A stretch of DNA of 37,278 nt. It comes from a virus. Taxonomy: Duplodnaviria; Caudoviricetes. Positions 30,501 through 36,003 of the stretch are shown piece by piece. The stretch covers positions 1 to 37,278 of the IMG/VR virus record IMGVR_UViG_3300020294_000012, one strand, 5' to 3'. How positions within the stretch are numbered: position 1 is the stretch's first letter; each line of letters starts with the position of its first letter. The translations under genes were made by a program, and so were the position numbers. Below the pieces are notes generated by a model. That model saw only the letters and a program-made list of their open reading frames with translations. It had not been told where the DNA came from and ran no database searches.

Positions 30501-31068
30501 AAGTATTATCTTCTAGTCCAGGTAGGAAAGTTTTCTTTAATTTTTTATAAAATTCCTGTAAGAATAGAACACTTAAGTTAGTAACTGTAGATGCAGTTGT
30601 ATGAGAAGCAGCATTAGTATCTTCAAATAATAAATTTTCTCTATTTACAGAATCAAGTGAAGTTGATATACCAACTCTATATCCAGTTATACCACTAAAC
30701 CCACGAATACATCCTGTAAATGTAGTATCAGTCTTTCCAGTATATGTGATAATTTCATTATCAATCTTTATAAGACCATATGAAGCAGGAAATCCTTTAG
30801 TAGAATCTACGGTAATTGTAGTTTCTGTAATTGAAACATCAGAAGTTAATGTAGTTTTACCTGTAATAACTTCTGGAACTAAATTATCAACCTTGATATA
30901 ACGATCAAGATTACTTAATAGGTCTTGACTAGATCCTTGATATTCTTGAGAAATATAATACTGTCTAAAAAACTCAACAGCTTGAGGGAAATCAGCAACC
31001 AGATACTCTGGTAACTGACTTTCTATGATCTTATTGACCTGAACTCTCTTCTCGAATTCTAAACTCAT
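15565..31068 (-). CDS. gp7: Giant baseplate wedge initiator gp7-like protein with many accessory repeat domains
   Basis: 5167-aa uninterrupted ORF between gp6 and gp8. N-terminal IIESQLPEYL...FFRQYYISQE and FYQSKGIAESIKILFKVLFG, and central DYFQNLSYSIQSE..W...VNRLVHPSGLKNF are wedge-protein motifs. Also repeated HG(F/L)xTGDxVxY modules and a YHYH-like segment. Confidence 0.82.
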   Translation of the reverse strand: MSLEFEKRVQVNKIIESQLPEYLVADFPQAVEFFRQYYISQEYQGSSQDLLSNLDRYIKVDNLVPEVITGKTTLTSDVSITETTITVDSTKGFPASYGLIKIDNEIITYTGKTDTTFTGCIRGFSGITGYRVGISTSLDSVNRENLLFEDTNAASHTTASTVTNLSVLFLQEFYKKLKKTFLPGLEDNTFAEGLDVGNFIKTARSFYQSKGIAESIKILFKVLFGVEANVIDLEERLIKPSSAEYIRREVIVAEGISGDPSKLVGQTIFKSTDLETNASVSEVEIITRDNKTYYKVSLFVGFSDRDLIQGIFTIPGKSKVLEEVEKDSTIVPVDTTIGFDQSGTFIVEDVDSNKQTVAYESKTVNQFFGCSGITNNIGIATDVRSNETIFGYEDGDLSKRVDLRITGVISKFVPDGDVSLVTEGQEILVKNVGEIVSNPETTQTYKQIFTNSWIYNTSSRYQVSGSVSNNTFVLLSKIDRSSLKIGDSFDITRRKSNKRVGGGIVKRIDTDYSFTADGINFIPNEPSPLGDYDIRRNLQKTTYNSANQVGIALSDSYQNVDGTGNVLSDILNVYVDGDKFGYVASNSLPSTQIDVEPVSSSQQGTGLSADTIAGISTVKFAAETKFFTGDSVVYTTSDSSKAFSGLTEGESYFVRVLDDKKSIKLYSSINAIETDQSILISSPTQQAQPSAAIIATHTFTIADQYNKKIVKNPILRKFPLSQDLKITTKNEKPAKNIGLLIDGTQIRTNTSVDTVSYGTIEQTEVYNSGTGYDIANPPKVVVEGIVGIGTTALVEPIIKGSVEEILVEEQDFDVSKVLSVTLTGGNGRDCFLEPVTGPRFREVEFNSRDIFFNGGLDIQEETITFTGKHNFVNGQKVYYNNNGQNPIGITAFKEASTNVTEYLVNGAPYFVRVINPTRIYLFKRPDDALFGVTGINTIGFSTATTAAGFHKFRTESKNTLRSVKVLNPGQDFQYRKLPVPSSGISTSFDTINFKNHGFRTGDIVEYLTDGTSIEGLTVSTGITSTTNFYHALKIDNDSFRLTNAGIGATTKVDIQRGKYINLISQGSGYQIFKYPDIEITVNAIFDNEIGGSFDGKLTPIVTGEIIGTYTYDQGCNYGSTIINHKSSPSVDIQNGKDAEVDTVVERGRLIDVIVKNKGDQYNSLPILKIDATEGSGAILKPIISDGRLQDIIVINPGIGYSSTGTNVYVEPRGKNGLLNARVRELEIDNIKRENDVHLEPVGDNDLYYGVNSYYQKLRESFNDSGVDATTGIGTHSPLIGWAYDGNPIYGGFGYSDPDDISQVKRLESGYSIDTNWFDRPNEESGFFIKDYVFDGSGDLDEYNGRFGKTPEFPNGVYAYFATLDTINNPIYPYFIGKSYRLPFISENDYLNQSFDFNSSTLSRNTLPYKVNDRFADNDFIVESNEIISQKSVVESVTKGIVDSFQVLDGGKGYKVGDFTTFNNDGTNGSGARGQVDRIIGIGVSNIKTQLTTFENATFIWNSANEVTAHYIPKIELNDQDTVLVSGLSTSNYELNNSFKVGVSTDRIGLAKSMTLNNNSGGVTEDIYVNKIPNTVAIGGSLRVGDEVLKVLNLYEVEKIIRVQRFNTGIAHTFGSSIDVLNNRISIPVNSDYFESRLDDLVYLNTRQAVGLGTTSGSVVDYVVGETTKSVNIAQQSIYLPNHPFTSGQRVKFSKPLAATSLLVSRDDDASNQFYIPDQSSAVSELYVIDKGPNNIGFATNVGAAKSESGLFFYGNADDNYQYLIKSDYTKLTGNIDRIISTVTTQIGLANTTTHGLHVGDIIDLEVNPNTVVGLGSTAPLTVSVNETHAKLLINSLGFEGSDVDIIKNQITISDHGLKTGDKVFYESSDPITGVTSSYYVNVIDSNKINLCETLNDSLSDAPQIVKFDSAGSGHSISLINPPIRVVKNANLTFGMGSTSLPGYELKFFYDKEFKNEFKNATKYDPSENIAGSFTISGVGTVGVGTFLSSPNVGAAVSIGFSTAVPSKLYYALEKGGYISTADTDVLNYSEITFVDSSYSGEFRVFDVDNETFKISPRSVPEVLTYESDQCDVLEYSSKSKTVSGAIKSVKLISEGFSYKSVPGFTSVTSVDGENANIVALSTSIGRVNNLRIIDIGFEYSSDKTLRPEAYIPPIVRVDDLDVIENITIIDGGTDYLNPPDLILFNPESKEVVDTTSLECFAPYQSISDVNVIAPIKGLNSVNHRVIAINNSNGIGIVSMTTNGTLVRCVMETPINGYVTPPFDVNDEIFVEGIQLFGEDPAGIGTQQSSSVGVTTISGDGYNSSNYDYRFFKVTSYSSANPDVLEFDLVGLTTNPGIAKTYQSGYANVVNRNNYPTFETNQKRSDFALGENLLVKEANSFVIKDIIVKESREDFIKIQGLDSLTTGDRITGESSGTSATVIDVISSPAKFNVDFSSIQNLGWNDNIGKLSEDFQVIPNNDYFQNLSYSIQSEKTWEDFVDPVNRLVHPSGLKNFADTVLTTNINVGIGSTFFTTPTLVLDVVNERRVDTVNNFDLGIDFYPRGRNSKTIDFQNVKLTDYTKCKTNRVLLHDDISGRFSSKGSQDLFTEIEEINANYARYFVQIVDPDSFDVQVSDLIVLSSTDNAYLLEKTTDFTGIRLGNFEADVDFFNRKTLQFTPTEAFNKDHDIKIIKTSFNTDVASTGVKDIGSVELVGTNVSVAVGRTTFSGSISGDTLTTNDFDLTSKKRVNGIEIKDINGNTIPIIGAGTTLSGPGVADRTEILNVVDASTAKLRIVDPTSPTNQPTLAPIQVQTLASTDQLGFVGSEIGRPAIPIGVTTTTIREFSETDCNAFYANVVSKDNVTGELDYTEALVNVQGQEVSISQLYADLSQVSFSQVDKGTVGLLTASYDSGVIKFDCINERNSDLIVSANIVGLGTTTAGIGTYRFNLEGQPAGAERSARYESTYNSTTLGVGVTVASIDRDIDSTVRSIVKVSYGSEFAIHQPILLHDQNNDAVTVQYPHVGSQTGLGTFGSETTSNDINLIFYPDSSVTGLVEVQSFNEVLYTFNDFVNEPTPLQFGPVTSDLLLSSYDGINGTRGNKVNFNLTYQGIPVYSKKFNPSDSTRIISSAGAGTTFSIPNHFFNTNEEIEYAAGSTFIGVPAVSVGIAATLDADSNLVTTMPSKVFVKVKDSDSFQLFSRKEYIENGTPIEITSSGSGNAHKLNMTKVLSKTVIGLDGIVQQPITYTSIKHSLTNNIGIGNTFDKDQFAISGISSVQPLDVIKIDNEYMKVEQVGFTTLTGATPFSAINSTDGDIPEVLVARGSLGSAKVSHAANAEVRIFRGSFNIIDSTAWFLSPPKGNTRARRNATNIPYVKAEYNGRTFLRSNYDTNMVFDDISDSFTGIGRTYTLTVGGANTSSGVSVGNGIVFINGVFQTPLTLNNLGNNYEIEANDTTGISSVTFTGISSENGQLIQSEFDINQNQLPRGGLIVSMGSTPGVGYAPLVGARLLANSTNGVIDSVVSIASSIGPIGSGIETAHYDAVTGIITVTTNKVHGFALESPETVKLEGLHFTCPTYAIGTPTTGTTYNPSTGDMVITIANHGLNNGDAIKLEEESITFSCGYNGATGAAAEKAYPRKTDPAYDRYMYVSDVTTNTFKVNVLFGVTPTNTDAHTFVSATPNAVLSLNYVGVTTSIFQDHERSLPLVGVSSERSFQVNVGINSIPHTYLKGGDVYAFYDELTPGSGYREPVSIGVTDINYLHKFISASTDAITAYTGGFMGQNLTPLKADYNSETGDLLLTTEEHGIETAKDLNINTASYNATTGVLTVSAGSNYDVSDATYNPTTGNMVLTIGTHTLTTNDKIKLAPNSITFSCGFGGATGAAAQKSYPRSSGTGNPGGGADPAYDTFLDIIAVDLVEKTITVKVLSTTPSTNTDPHTFVSATAGAVFAPRVFINNEQVKFADNAITFRCTMDNNSTDHVYPRSTDPARGKFLLVSNATATQFEVNVGTSPLVGHTPTTGTTYDPTTGLMVLEIGAHSLKAGTSVRLEEESITFSCGYNGATGAAAEKAYPRSNGNDPYYNTAIPIQSVTATTITLQVLTTVPSTNTDAHTFVSATANAVKSGGGYTHTYASSIPNAVTATKSLKIEENSLIFKCSKDNFIGTHPYPRATDPAYDTFLPIISASQNTLLTNVGPGGGGGTGAVVTAIVAPNRHKFINSIGTHTFVDAISNAIDVGGVKRDVNNAVYVPGTGLLTLTIGNHSFTTSDTVTIAPKALTFTCDADNHGSNHSYPRSTDPAYNTALAITAVTAQKITCDVGIPPQYENLTADVGGPFTTNVADYDPKTGIMTVTTSAAHGFTASEVKSTLSAVYNPQVGIMTVTTTTAHGFSDGDYVKIDQDSIVFTCEQDSYNSKHSYPRRKDPINYKWVQISNTTTDKFDIQVLSSVPSTNISSHTFESSLPNNIQKANNRVKFDIGSLVFQCNKDQYSTNHLYPRTTDPTYNEFIGVESILTTKKFTVNVGKSPAGTGGALEFTIENGGSGYINPEIIVSQPVYENMPVTGVSRLGIGKTTDTGENLLLNLNVGSAKTTVGIGSTLFEISEFKVAREGHSFKVGDRFKPINLVTSAELQEPLTEFELEVVQIFNDYFSAWQFGEIDFIDTIRNLQNNVRKRFPLFFNGQLLSFEKDETDVLSADIDLNSVLVIFVNGVLQTPGIAYQFTGGATFTFTEPPDTGDQVDIFFYLGQRGIDVEIVDIQETIKPGDDLRIRLHNELDTVSQNRDRTVKEILSSDLVETDIYTGPGVNEIDFKPVDWSRQKDDKIIQGEIINKDRESIEPCVYPTAKIISDVSSTSGIGLGVQDGIFVDDAEIFFYEEGPLRLPSHQRYNITVDAVDTIMMPAEPDFAPADVTLGLGNNVGTANSEVTTFNIANGGKGYTSIPSVKVSSPGITTVSIGVTATAEAVITNGSVSGITITNSGQGYDVAPQIIIETPSYKTEDINLIKFGQGFTGIITGIGTAVGTGGHPLALEFFFNVTDGKQASLLQSGYPILIKDTSIGDGVTSVDSHDTSLVGIGTTFLDNIYKVHSITVAGDKIAKIRCNILSTTSVVGLASTGQYLPSNTGVTTSLGKITWGRLYGDATTREANPISIGVTGLTIDAGLSTFPTIQRRNNVQGSVKGLRNTGALRIQVI
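18917..18991. repeat. Perfect 75-bp direct repeat, copy 1 (copy 2 at 20222-20296)
   Basis: GGATATGCCTTTTCAGCAGCAGCACCAGTAGCACCATTATATCCACAACTAAAGGTAATTGACTCTTCTTCTAAC read identically at both sites. Encodes LEEESITFSCGYNGATGAAAEKAYP. Confidence 0.92.
20222..20296. repeat. Perfect 75-bp direct repeat, copy 2
   Basis: Identical to 18917-18991. A degenerate third copy lies near 19463-19525. Confidence 0.92.
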
Positions 31069-31070
31069 AT

Positions 31071-33005
31071 CTATTTCCTTTCTAGATCTCCATTAGAATA
31101 ACTTGAACTGTAATAATCTCTTGTGAACACAACACCTGAAACATCTTCACCCGAAGCAATTACGTCTTTGAACATATTTATCGAACTATTTGAAACGTCA
31201 AAACTTAGGTATAAATCCTTTAACCCAACAACATCATTAGATTCAGGGAATGCCTGTATCTCAATTAAGTTATTGGCAGCTACTGTAGATGTAATATTAA
31301 TTGTATTGATGATTATTTCACCTTTGGTATAATCAACTGTACCAACATCTTTTGCTACAATCTTCAATTCCTCCTTATCATCTTTAGAAACAATACAAAT
31401 AACACCTTTTCCACTTGAATCCAATTTACCTTTATCGTCTGTATTTGGTATATCAGTAAAATATACCAATTTTGACCAACCAGATATTTTAAATCCAGTA
31501 CTCTTTATATTATACCCTGCCTGATTGATATGGAATTGATTACCAAAACATAACTCATATTGTGCAAATTGATTTAAAAGTGCCTTTAAATCTCTTCTAA
31601 TTTTTACTTTCGTTATATTAGAAGTTATTGCTTCATTAACTCTATCTATTAATTGGTTTATTTTACTAAATTTAAACCTACCACCAAACTTATTAATATC
31701 AACTGTATTAGAATATGATAGTAATGAACTTAGAATAGTAGTCTTCAAACCAGTAACATCACTAATTGCTGATGTGTTGTAGTAAACATTTGAATCAATT
31801 TCCACATATAGTATCTTAAGGTCAACAATATCAGAATCAATACCAGCAATAGAGTAATTCTTTAATTTATTTTTTATTTGTTGTTTATCAAAATCAGATA
31901 CAAATGTTCCATTTTTTGGTTTAATACTAATCTTAACCTTTCCAAATTGTGGTGGATCTAATTCTTCACCACCAACAACAGCAATTGACTCTGTTGAAGG
32001 ATAAATTGACTTTATTATAGCCTCATAATCTCTGGGTGTAACCGCCCTGTACTGTGCGGAATATAGTCTAGGAGCCAAATACTTAATAGACGATAAATCT
32101 TCGATCTCCGTGCCACTTGAGGCACTCTGAGTGGTTGTTACGTTAACAACTGTGGATGGTCTAACTAATCCACCATTATCAGTTCTACTAAATGTTCCTT
32201 GGAAATCGAAGGAAGAAGCACCATTACTTTCTGACCCATTAGTAATCAAATATTCTATAGTAATTTTTTGCCCAGTTTCTATGGGTTTTCCAAAATAACC
32301 ATCACCAAATAATACCTCAACTCTTTCATCTTGAACTTCCTGTATTAAAAAGATCTTAGAATCTTTGTTCAAATTGAGTATATTATCAACTTTTGAATAT
32401 TCTGATCCAAGAGTATTATTACTATCAGATACATTAACAATAATTGTTGAAGTATCGATGCTTGAATTATCTAATATGTATTTTGAATCAACTGAAGTAT
32501 TTGCTACAAAACTATTTTTAACATATGTACCTTGAAAAACCTCTAAATCAAAGTCTGCCACTCTATCACCAGCAGAATTAGTGTAAACTCTCTGTGTCAA
32601 TGGTCTTAAAGTGGAAAATCTATAAGAAGTATCGTTTGCAGTACCTATACAGACCAATCCAGCATTTAAAGTTATTTGAGATATTTCAGCATTGGTATCT
32701 ACAATTTTAACTTGGAAATTTATTCTTGCCTTTGCTGCAGTTTTTGATCTTGGAACGTACCCAATGTTCCTTGCCAGCGAAACTACGTTTTCTCTTATGG
32801 TTGCTGAGTCTAAAAATACCTCATTTGTTGCCAAATTAGCGTTAAATGAGTTAATATACGTATTATATGCTAAAGTATCGATTAAAACCGAAAAATTAGA
32901 CCCTTCAAAGTCAAAATCAGTGAAATTAGAGTTTGATCTAAGGTATTTTTTAATTTCTGCCTTAATTTGAGTGAAATCAAGACTTGTAAATTGGGTATAT
33001 GGCAT
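31071..33005 (-). CDS. gp6: Baseplate wedge subunit gp6
   Basis: LDFTQIKAEIKKYLRSNSNFTDFDFEGSNFSVLIDTLAYNTYINSF, EVFLDSATIRENVVSLARNIGYVPRS, FGDG.FG and APRLYSAQYRAVTPRDY are T4 gp6 signatures. 644 aa. Confidence 0.95.
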   Translation of the reverse strand: MPYTQFTSLDFTQIKAEIKKYLRSNSNFTDFDFEGSNFSVLIDTLAYNTYINSFNANLATNEVFLDSATIRENVVSLARNIGYVPRSKTAAKARINFQVKIVDTNAEISQITLNAGLVCIGTANDTSYRFSTLRPLTQRVYTNSAGDRVADFDLEVFQGTYVKNSFVANTSVDSKYILDNSSIDTSTIIVNVSDSNNTLGSEYSKVDNILNLNKDSKIFLIQEVQDERVEVLFGDGYFGKPIETGQKITIEYLITNGSESNGASSFDFQGTFSRTDNGGLVRPSTVVNVTTTQSASSGTEIEDLSSIKYLAPRLYSAQYRAVTPRDYEAIIKSIYPSTESIAVVGGEELDPPQFGKVKISIKPKNGTFVSDFDKQQIKNKLKNYSIAGIDSDIVDLKILYVEIDSNVYYNTSAISDVTGLKTTILSSLLSYSNTVDINKFGGRFKFSKINQLIDRVNEAITSNITKVKIRRDLKALLNQFAQYELCFGNQFHINQAGYNIKSTGFKISGWSKLVYFTDIPNTDDKGKLDSSGKGVICIVSKDDKEELKIVAKDVGTVDYTKGEIIINTINITSTVAANNLIEIQAFPESNDVVGLKDLYLSFDVSNSSINMFKDVIASGEDVSGVVFTRDYYSSSYSNGDLERK

Positions 33006-33009
33006 TATT

Positions 33010-33411
33010 TTACCTAGTTGGTTCTAATAAAAAGGAAAATGATATTTTTGGTAGTCCTAAACCTACTATGTCAAAGAAAACTGTAACTTCAAATGTGTTT
33101 GAATCGGGTAATCCTTTAACATCACAAGCAACATTCTCTACTCTGGGTTCAAAGTTGTTAATTGAGGTCTTAATTTGGTCTCTAATTACCGTTACAGTGG
33201 TATTTGTATAGTTCTCAAACAAAGAATCACGCACATCAGTCCCAAAAATAGGATTAAAATACTTTTCGGTAGGTATTGTCTCTACTATATTCCTAACTGA
33301 CCTTACAATTGCACGTTCATTAATCAAAACAGGCAAATCCTTCGTCACTGGATGAGGAACGAAGGAAAAACTTATATCTTTAAATGATCTAGACTTACGT
33401 TTAACGGCCAT
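33010..33411 (-). CDS. gp25: Baseplate wedge subunit gp25 (GPW/gp25 family)
   Basis: FKDISFSFVPHPVTKDL..L.NERAIVRSVRNIVET.PTEK.FNP.FG...LFE...I.NFEPRV. 133 aa, upstream of gp6. Confidence 0.92.
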   Translation of the reverse strand: MAVKRKSRSFKDISFSFVPHPVTKDLPVLINERAIVRSVRNIVETIPTEKYFNPIFGTDVRDSLFENYTNTTVTVIRDQIKTSINNFEPRVENVACDVKGLPDSNTFEVTVFFDIVGLGLPKISFSFLLEPTR

Positions 33412-33421
33412 CTAAATGGTT

Positions 33422-33449
33422 TATTTAGTATTATCTCTCTTTATTTATA
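33422..33449 (-). promoter_or_regulatory. Late promoter(s) at the head of the baseplate operon
   Basis: Minus-strand TATAAATA at 33442-33449 and variant CTAAATA at 33422-33428, just upstream of gp25. Confidence 0.72.
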
Positions 33450-33450
33450 C

Positions 33451-34065
33451 CTATTCTTTAAAACTATGTGAATTTAGTGGAAATTCCTCAACCCAAGAGG
33501 TAATTATGTATTTTGAACCGCCAATTGGAGGGTTTCCACGATGTGTCCAAGGCCAACTACAAGGAAAAATCAAGAATTTTCCCCTTTTTGGGGTAATTTT
33601 TTCTTGTTGGTACAAAAATTCTGTCTCACCACCTTCAAAATTATCATTTAGATATATCATTACTACTAATTGCCTAAAAGAAGAGTATGAATCTTTACCA
33701 TCACCATCATAATGCCATTGGTGAAACCCTTCAGATGGATTAGTTTTTTGTATCTTACATGTTTTATGCTCAAACTCCCTTGTTTTTAGCACATCATACT
33801 TAGACATATAATGTTGCAGTGCTTCACATGATAGACGATTCCAATCATTATATACTTGGAACATGATATTATCATGAATATGGTTATGAACATAGACTGA
33901 GCTATCTTTCATCTGTAGGGGATTCAATCTAGGTTGTACTAAACCCCCAGTTTCAGTCATTTGTTCAAAGTAATCAATATATTGCTCACAATCTATATTA
34001 CATTGATACTCGGATATAAAATTACCATGATCCGTATGAGCATTAATAAAGGGAGATTGATTCAT
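33451..34065 (-). CDS. 2OG-Fe(II) oxygenase (prolyl-4-hydroxylase-like)
   Basis: HxD motif (WHYD), LVVMIYLND..EGGETEF, distal His (WTHRG) and KYIITSW: double-stranded beta-helix oxygenase pattern. Confidence 0.88.
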   Translation of the reverse strand: MNQSPFINAHTDHGNFISEYQCNIDCEQYIDYFEQMTETGGLVQPRLNPLQMKDSSVYVHNHIHDNIMFQVYNDWNRLSCEALQHYMSKYDVLKTREFEHKTCKIQKTNPSEGFHQWHYDGDGKDSYSSFRQLVVMIYLNDNFEGGETEFLYQQEKITPKRGKFLIFPCSWPWTHRGNPPIGGSKYIITSWVEEFPLNSHSFKE

Positions 34066-34205
34066 CTCCCTTGCCCTCTAGTCCTTTTCTTTGCTTTATT
34101 TCGTGAAGTAGCGGAATACTTTGTATGTTTACCTTGTCCTTGACGAGACTTTTTCGGTATTGCCTCTACGAATACATTTCCGTTGATACCAGTTCTTGTT
34201 GCCAT
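34062..34205 (-). CDS. Small highly basic hypothetical protein (47 aa; not in ORF track)
   Basis: Hand-translated: MATRTGINGNVFVEAIPKKSRQGQGKHTKYSATSRNKAKKRTRGQGR*. Its stop overlaps the next ATG (ATGA) and it fills the gap exactly. Confidence 0.75.
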   Translation of the reverse strand: MATRTGINGNVFVEAIPKKSRQGQGKHTKYSATSRNKAKKRTRGQGR

Positions 34206-34207
34206 AA

Positions 34208-34363
34208 TTAATCTTCAATAAATTGCGTTGTAATTGAGGTAGGATCTGGCATACCATCGATATAAAAATCTTGTGCCAAATCCTCTATCTTGTTAAAATA
34301 ATCATCTTGAGAAAGGTTCTCGTGGATTACCTTACCATCAATTAGAATATTATAACGAGTCAT
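34208..34363 (-). CDS. Small acidic hypothetical protein (51 aa; not in ORF track)
   Basis: Hand-translated: MTRYNILIDGKVIHENLSQDDYFNKIEDLAQDFYIDGMPDPTSITTQFIED*. Start overlaps the upstream stop (TAATG). Confidence 0.75.
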   Translation of the reverse strand: MTRYNILIDGKVIHENLSQDDYFNKIEDLAQDFYIDGMPDPTSITTQFIED

Positions 34364-35118
34364 TAGATCACCCTAGTCTTCTCATGACCTACACGAACAC
34401 GAGGATCACACCAGATCTCAAACCCTGCCTCCTTCGCATCTAGGCAGAATGAAACATCCTCTCCACACATATCTTGTACTTCACCCGATTCAAAGACTTG
34501 CATCTTTGGAGCGAACCAAGGATAAGGCATTTCTTTATGTTCAAATACACCATGCTTAATAAGTAACCATCCAAAACCAGTGTAATCTACGGTGAATGGT
34601 TTCTTTCTTTTCGAGATGCTTTCGATGGTTTCGTGATTCATCACTCCTCCATTTGTTCTGAAGTCATCTTCTTCAAGCCAATGTGCTACCGAGGTGGTTT
34701 TGCCGTCTTCTGTACAATACCAACCAGCAGCTAAGTCCTTATCCATTAGAACGATCTGCCAAAACTTCTCAGTGTTGAATACAATGTCACTATCGATCCA
34801 TAACTGATAGTCATATGGTAACTTACCGTCCCAAGGTAATTGGTCTGGTCCTCTTAATACATTTGCTCCGAGACACTTGCACCGAGCGAAGTTGACCATT
34901 GACGAATAATCTTGGGAGATCTGTATCGAAGCCTGTGCTTGGACAAGATCAAAGCATAACTGTACAAAACTTTTCAAAAATGTGTATGATACTCCACGAC
35001 CTGGTAGACAGAATACTATTGTCTTTCCTTTAACGAGTTCTCTTGCTGCATCGTAATCCCACTCTGGTTCTTTCTGTACCACTGGGGATTTCGCTTTAAC
35101 TGTAAATCCTTTTGCCAT
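34363..35118 (-). CDS. GT-A fold glycosyltransferase-like protein
   Basis: DxD motif (WIDSDIVF), TGFGWLLIK and MCGEDVSFC..A...GFEIWCDPRVRVGH: GT2-like pattern common in cyanophages. Confidence 0.78.
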   Translation of the reverse strand: MAKGFTVKAKSPVVQKEPEWDYDAARELVKGKTIVFCLPGRGVSYTFLKSFVQLCFDLVQAQASIQISQDYSSMVNFARCKCLGANVLRGPDQLPWDGKLPYDYQLWIDSDIVFNTEKFWQIVLMDKDLAAGWYCTEDGKTTSVAHWLEEDDFRTNGGVMNHETIESISKRKKPFTVDYTGFGWLLIKHGVFEHKEMPYPWFAPKMQVFESGEVQDMCGEDVSFCLDAKEAGFEIWCDPRVRVGHEKTRVI

Positions 35119-35141
35119 AACCTACGTAATGTTATAATAAT

Positions 35142-35170
35142 ATTATATCTCATTATGTAGGAGAAGTCAA
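35142..35170 (-). promoter_or_regulatory. Sigma70-type promoter for the glycosyltransferase operon
   Basis: Minus strand TTGACT (35170-35165), 17 bp spacer, TATAAT (35147-35142), about 24 bp upstream of the ATG at 35118. Confidence 0.75.
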
Positions 35171-35171
35171 C

Positions 35172-35663
35172 TTAAATATACGTTACGGATAACAGTAACC
35201 TTTCCTTGGTATTAGTGGGTGTTGAGCTACTGTGAGGAATTGACCCATCAAAAAGCAACAACCGATTTTTCACACTTTCAACTCTTTCACCTGTTTCAAA
35301 ATCAGTAAACCCATCATTAGTATTCATATAGATTAATGCTGTCTTACAGTTAGTTGTATGATCTACGTGTCTATCATGTATATACTGTTCTCCCTGATTG
35401 ACAAACATCAATACCCTTGCCCTATGTAAAAACTGTACATTCAAAGATTGAAACAGATACAGGAAGTCATCATAGAGGGGGCTTTCTATTTTATTCTGAA
35501 AAAATAAACTATGTACAAAATAATAATGATTTAAATCTTCTTCAGGATCTTCTTCTATATTTGCTACTCTCTTCTGAAACATCCAAGGAAACTGTGTAGA
35601 TGTTATTATCTCATTTAAATGATCGTAATACTCTTCTTGTAAAAAATCTTCAGTAACTTGCAT
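35172..35663 (-). CDS. 2OG-Fe(II) oxygenase-like protein
   Basis: HVD motif, TALIYMNTNDGFT, NRLLLFDGSIPHSSSTPT (distal His) and terminal R in ERLLLSVTY. Confidence 0.75.
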   Translation of the reverse strand: MQVTEDFLQEEYYDHLNEIITSTQFPWMFQKRVANIEEDPEEDLNHYYFVHSLFFQNKIESPLYDDFLYLFQSLNVQFLHRARVLMFVNQGEQYIHDRHVDHTTNCKTALIYMNTNDGFTDFETGERVESVKNRLLLFDGSIPHSSSTPTNTKERLLLSVTYI

Positions 35664-35847
35664 CTTCTGCTATACCATTATCAAGTTCAATTTGTTCATA
35701 AGTTAATTCATCTCTAAAATATGACTGATATATTCTTCCCCATATAATATTAAATTCATACTCATCAAGATCTTTGAAGAGACACTCTCCTCTTAAGTAT
35801 ATGTGATAGGTACTAGTTGTATTCTGTAATGATAAGTTCATCGCCAT
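35650..35847 (-). CDS. Small acidic hypothetical protein (start uncertain, 35847 or 35841)
   Basis: TYHIYLRGECLFKDLDEYEFNIIWGRIY... fills the operon gap and overlaps both neighbours. Confidence 0.6.
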   Translation of the reverse strand: MAMNLSLQNTTSTYHIYLRGECLFKDLDEYEFNIIWGRIYQSYFRDELTYEQIELDNGIAEDASY

Positions 35848-35983
35848 CAGTCTTAAAGGTTAGTTCCGTGTCTTCGTACCATCCTTGGTCATTCACAACC
35901 CATTCTGGTATTCTTATAAGATATTCACCAGTTACTGTATCAACTTCTACGGGGCGTATTTCATGTGCGGGATTTTTTTGCAT
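35813..35983 (-). CDS. AbrB/MazE/SpoVT-like small DNA-binding protein (56 aa; not in ORF track)
   Basis: Hand-translated: MQKNPAHEIRPVEVDTVTGEYLIRIPEWVVNDQGWYEDTELTFKTDGDELIITEYN*. The I-x-I-P..(helix)..GW...L.F...G..L-I-I pattern fits the swapped-hairpin fold. Good promoter directly upstream. Confidence 0.65.
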   Translation of the reverse strand: MQKNPAHEIRPVEVDTVTGEYLIRIPEWVVNDQGWYEDTELTFKTDGDELIITEYN

Positions 35984-36003
35984 TATGTGGTATTCTTTTT
36001 TCC

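Noticed and set aside
15565-31068. Giant ORF as an assembly fusion or a sign of stop-codon reassignment
   Set aside because: The ORF is open in the standard code, neighbouring genes end at TAA, TAG and TGA at expected lengths, and multi-thousand-residue gp7 proteins are known in cyanomyoviruses.
35650-35983. AbrB-like ORF plus downstream ORF as a type II toxin-antitoxin pair
   Set aside because: The downstream 65-aa protein is acidic and shows no MazF, PIN or RelE motif, so a toxin cannot be supported.
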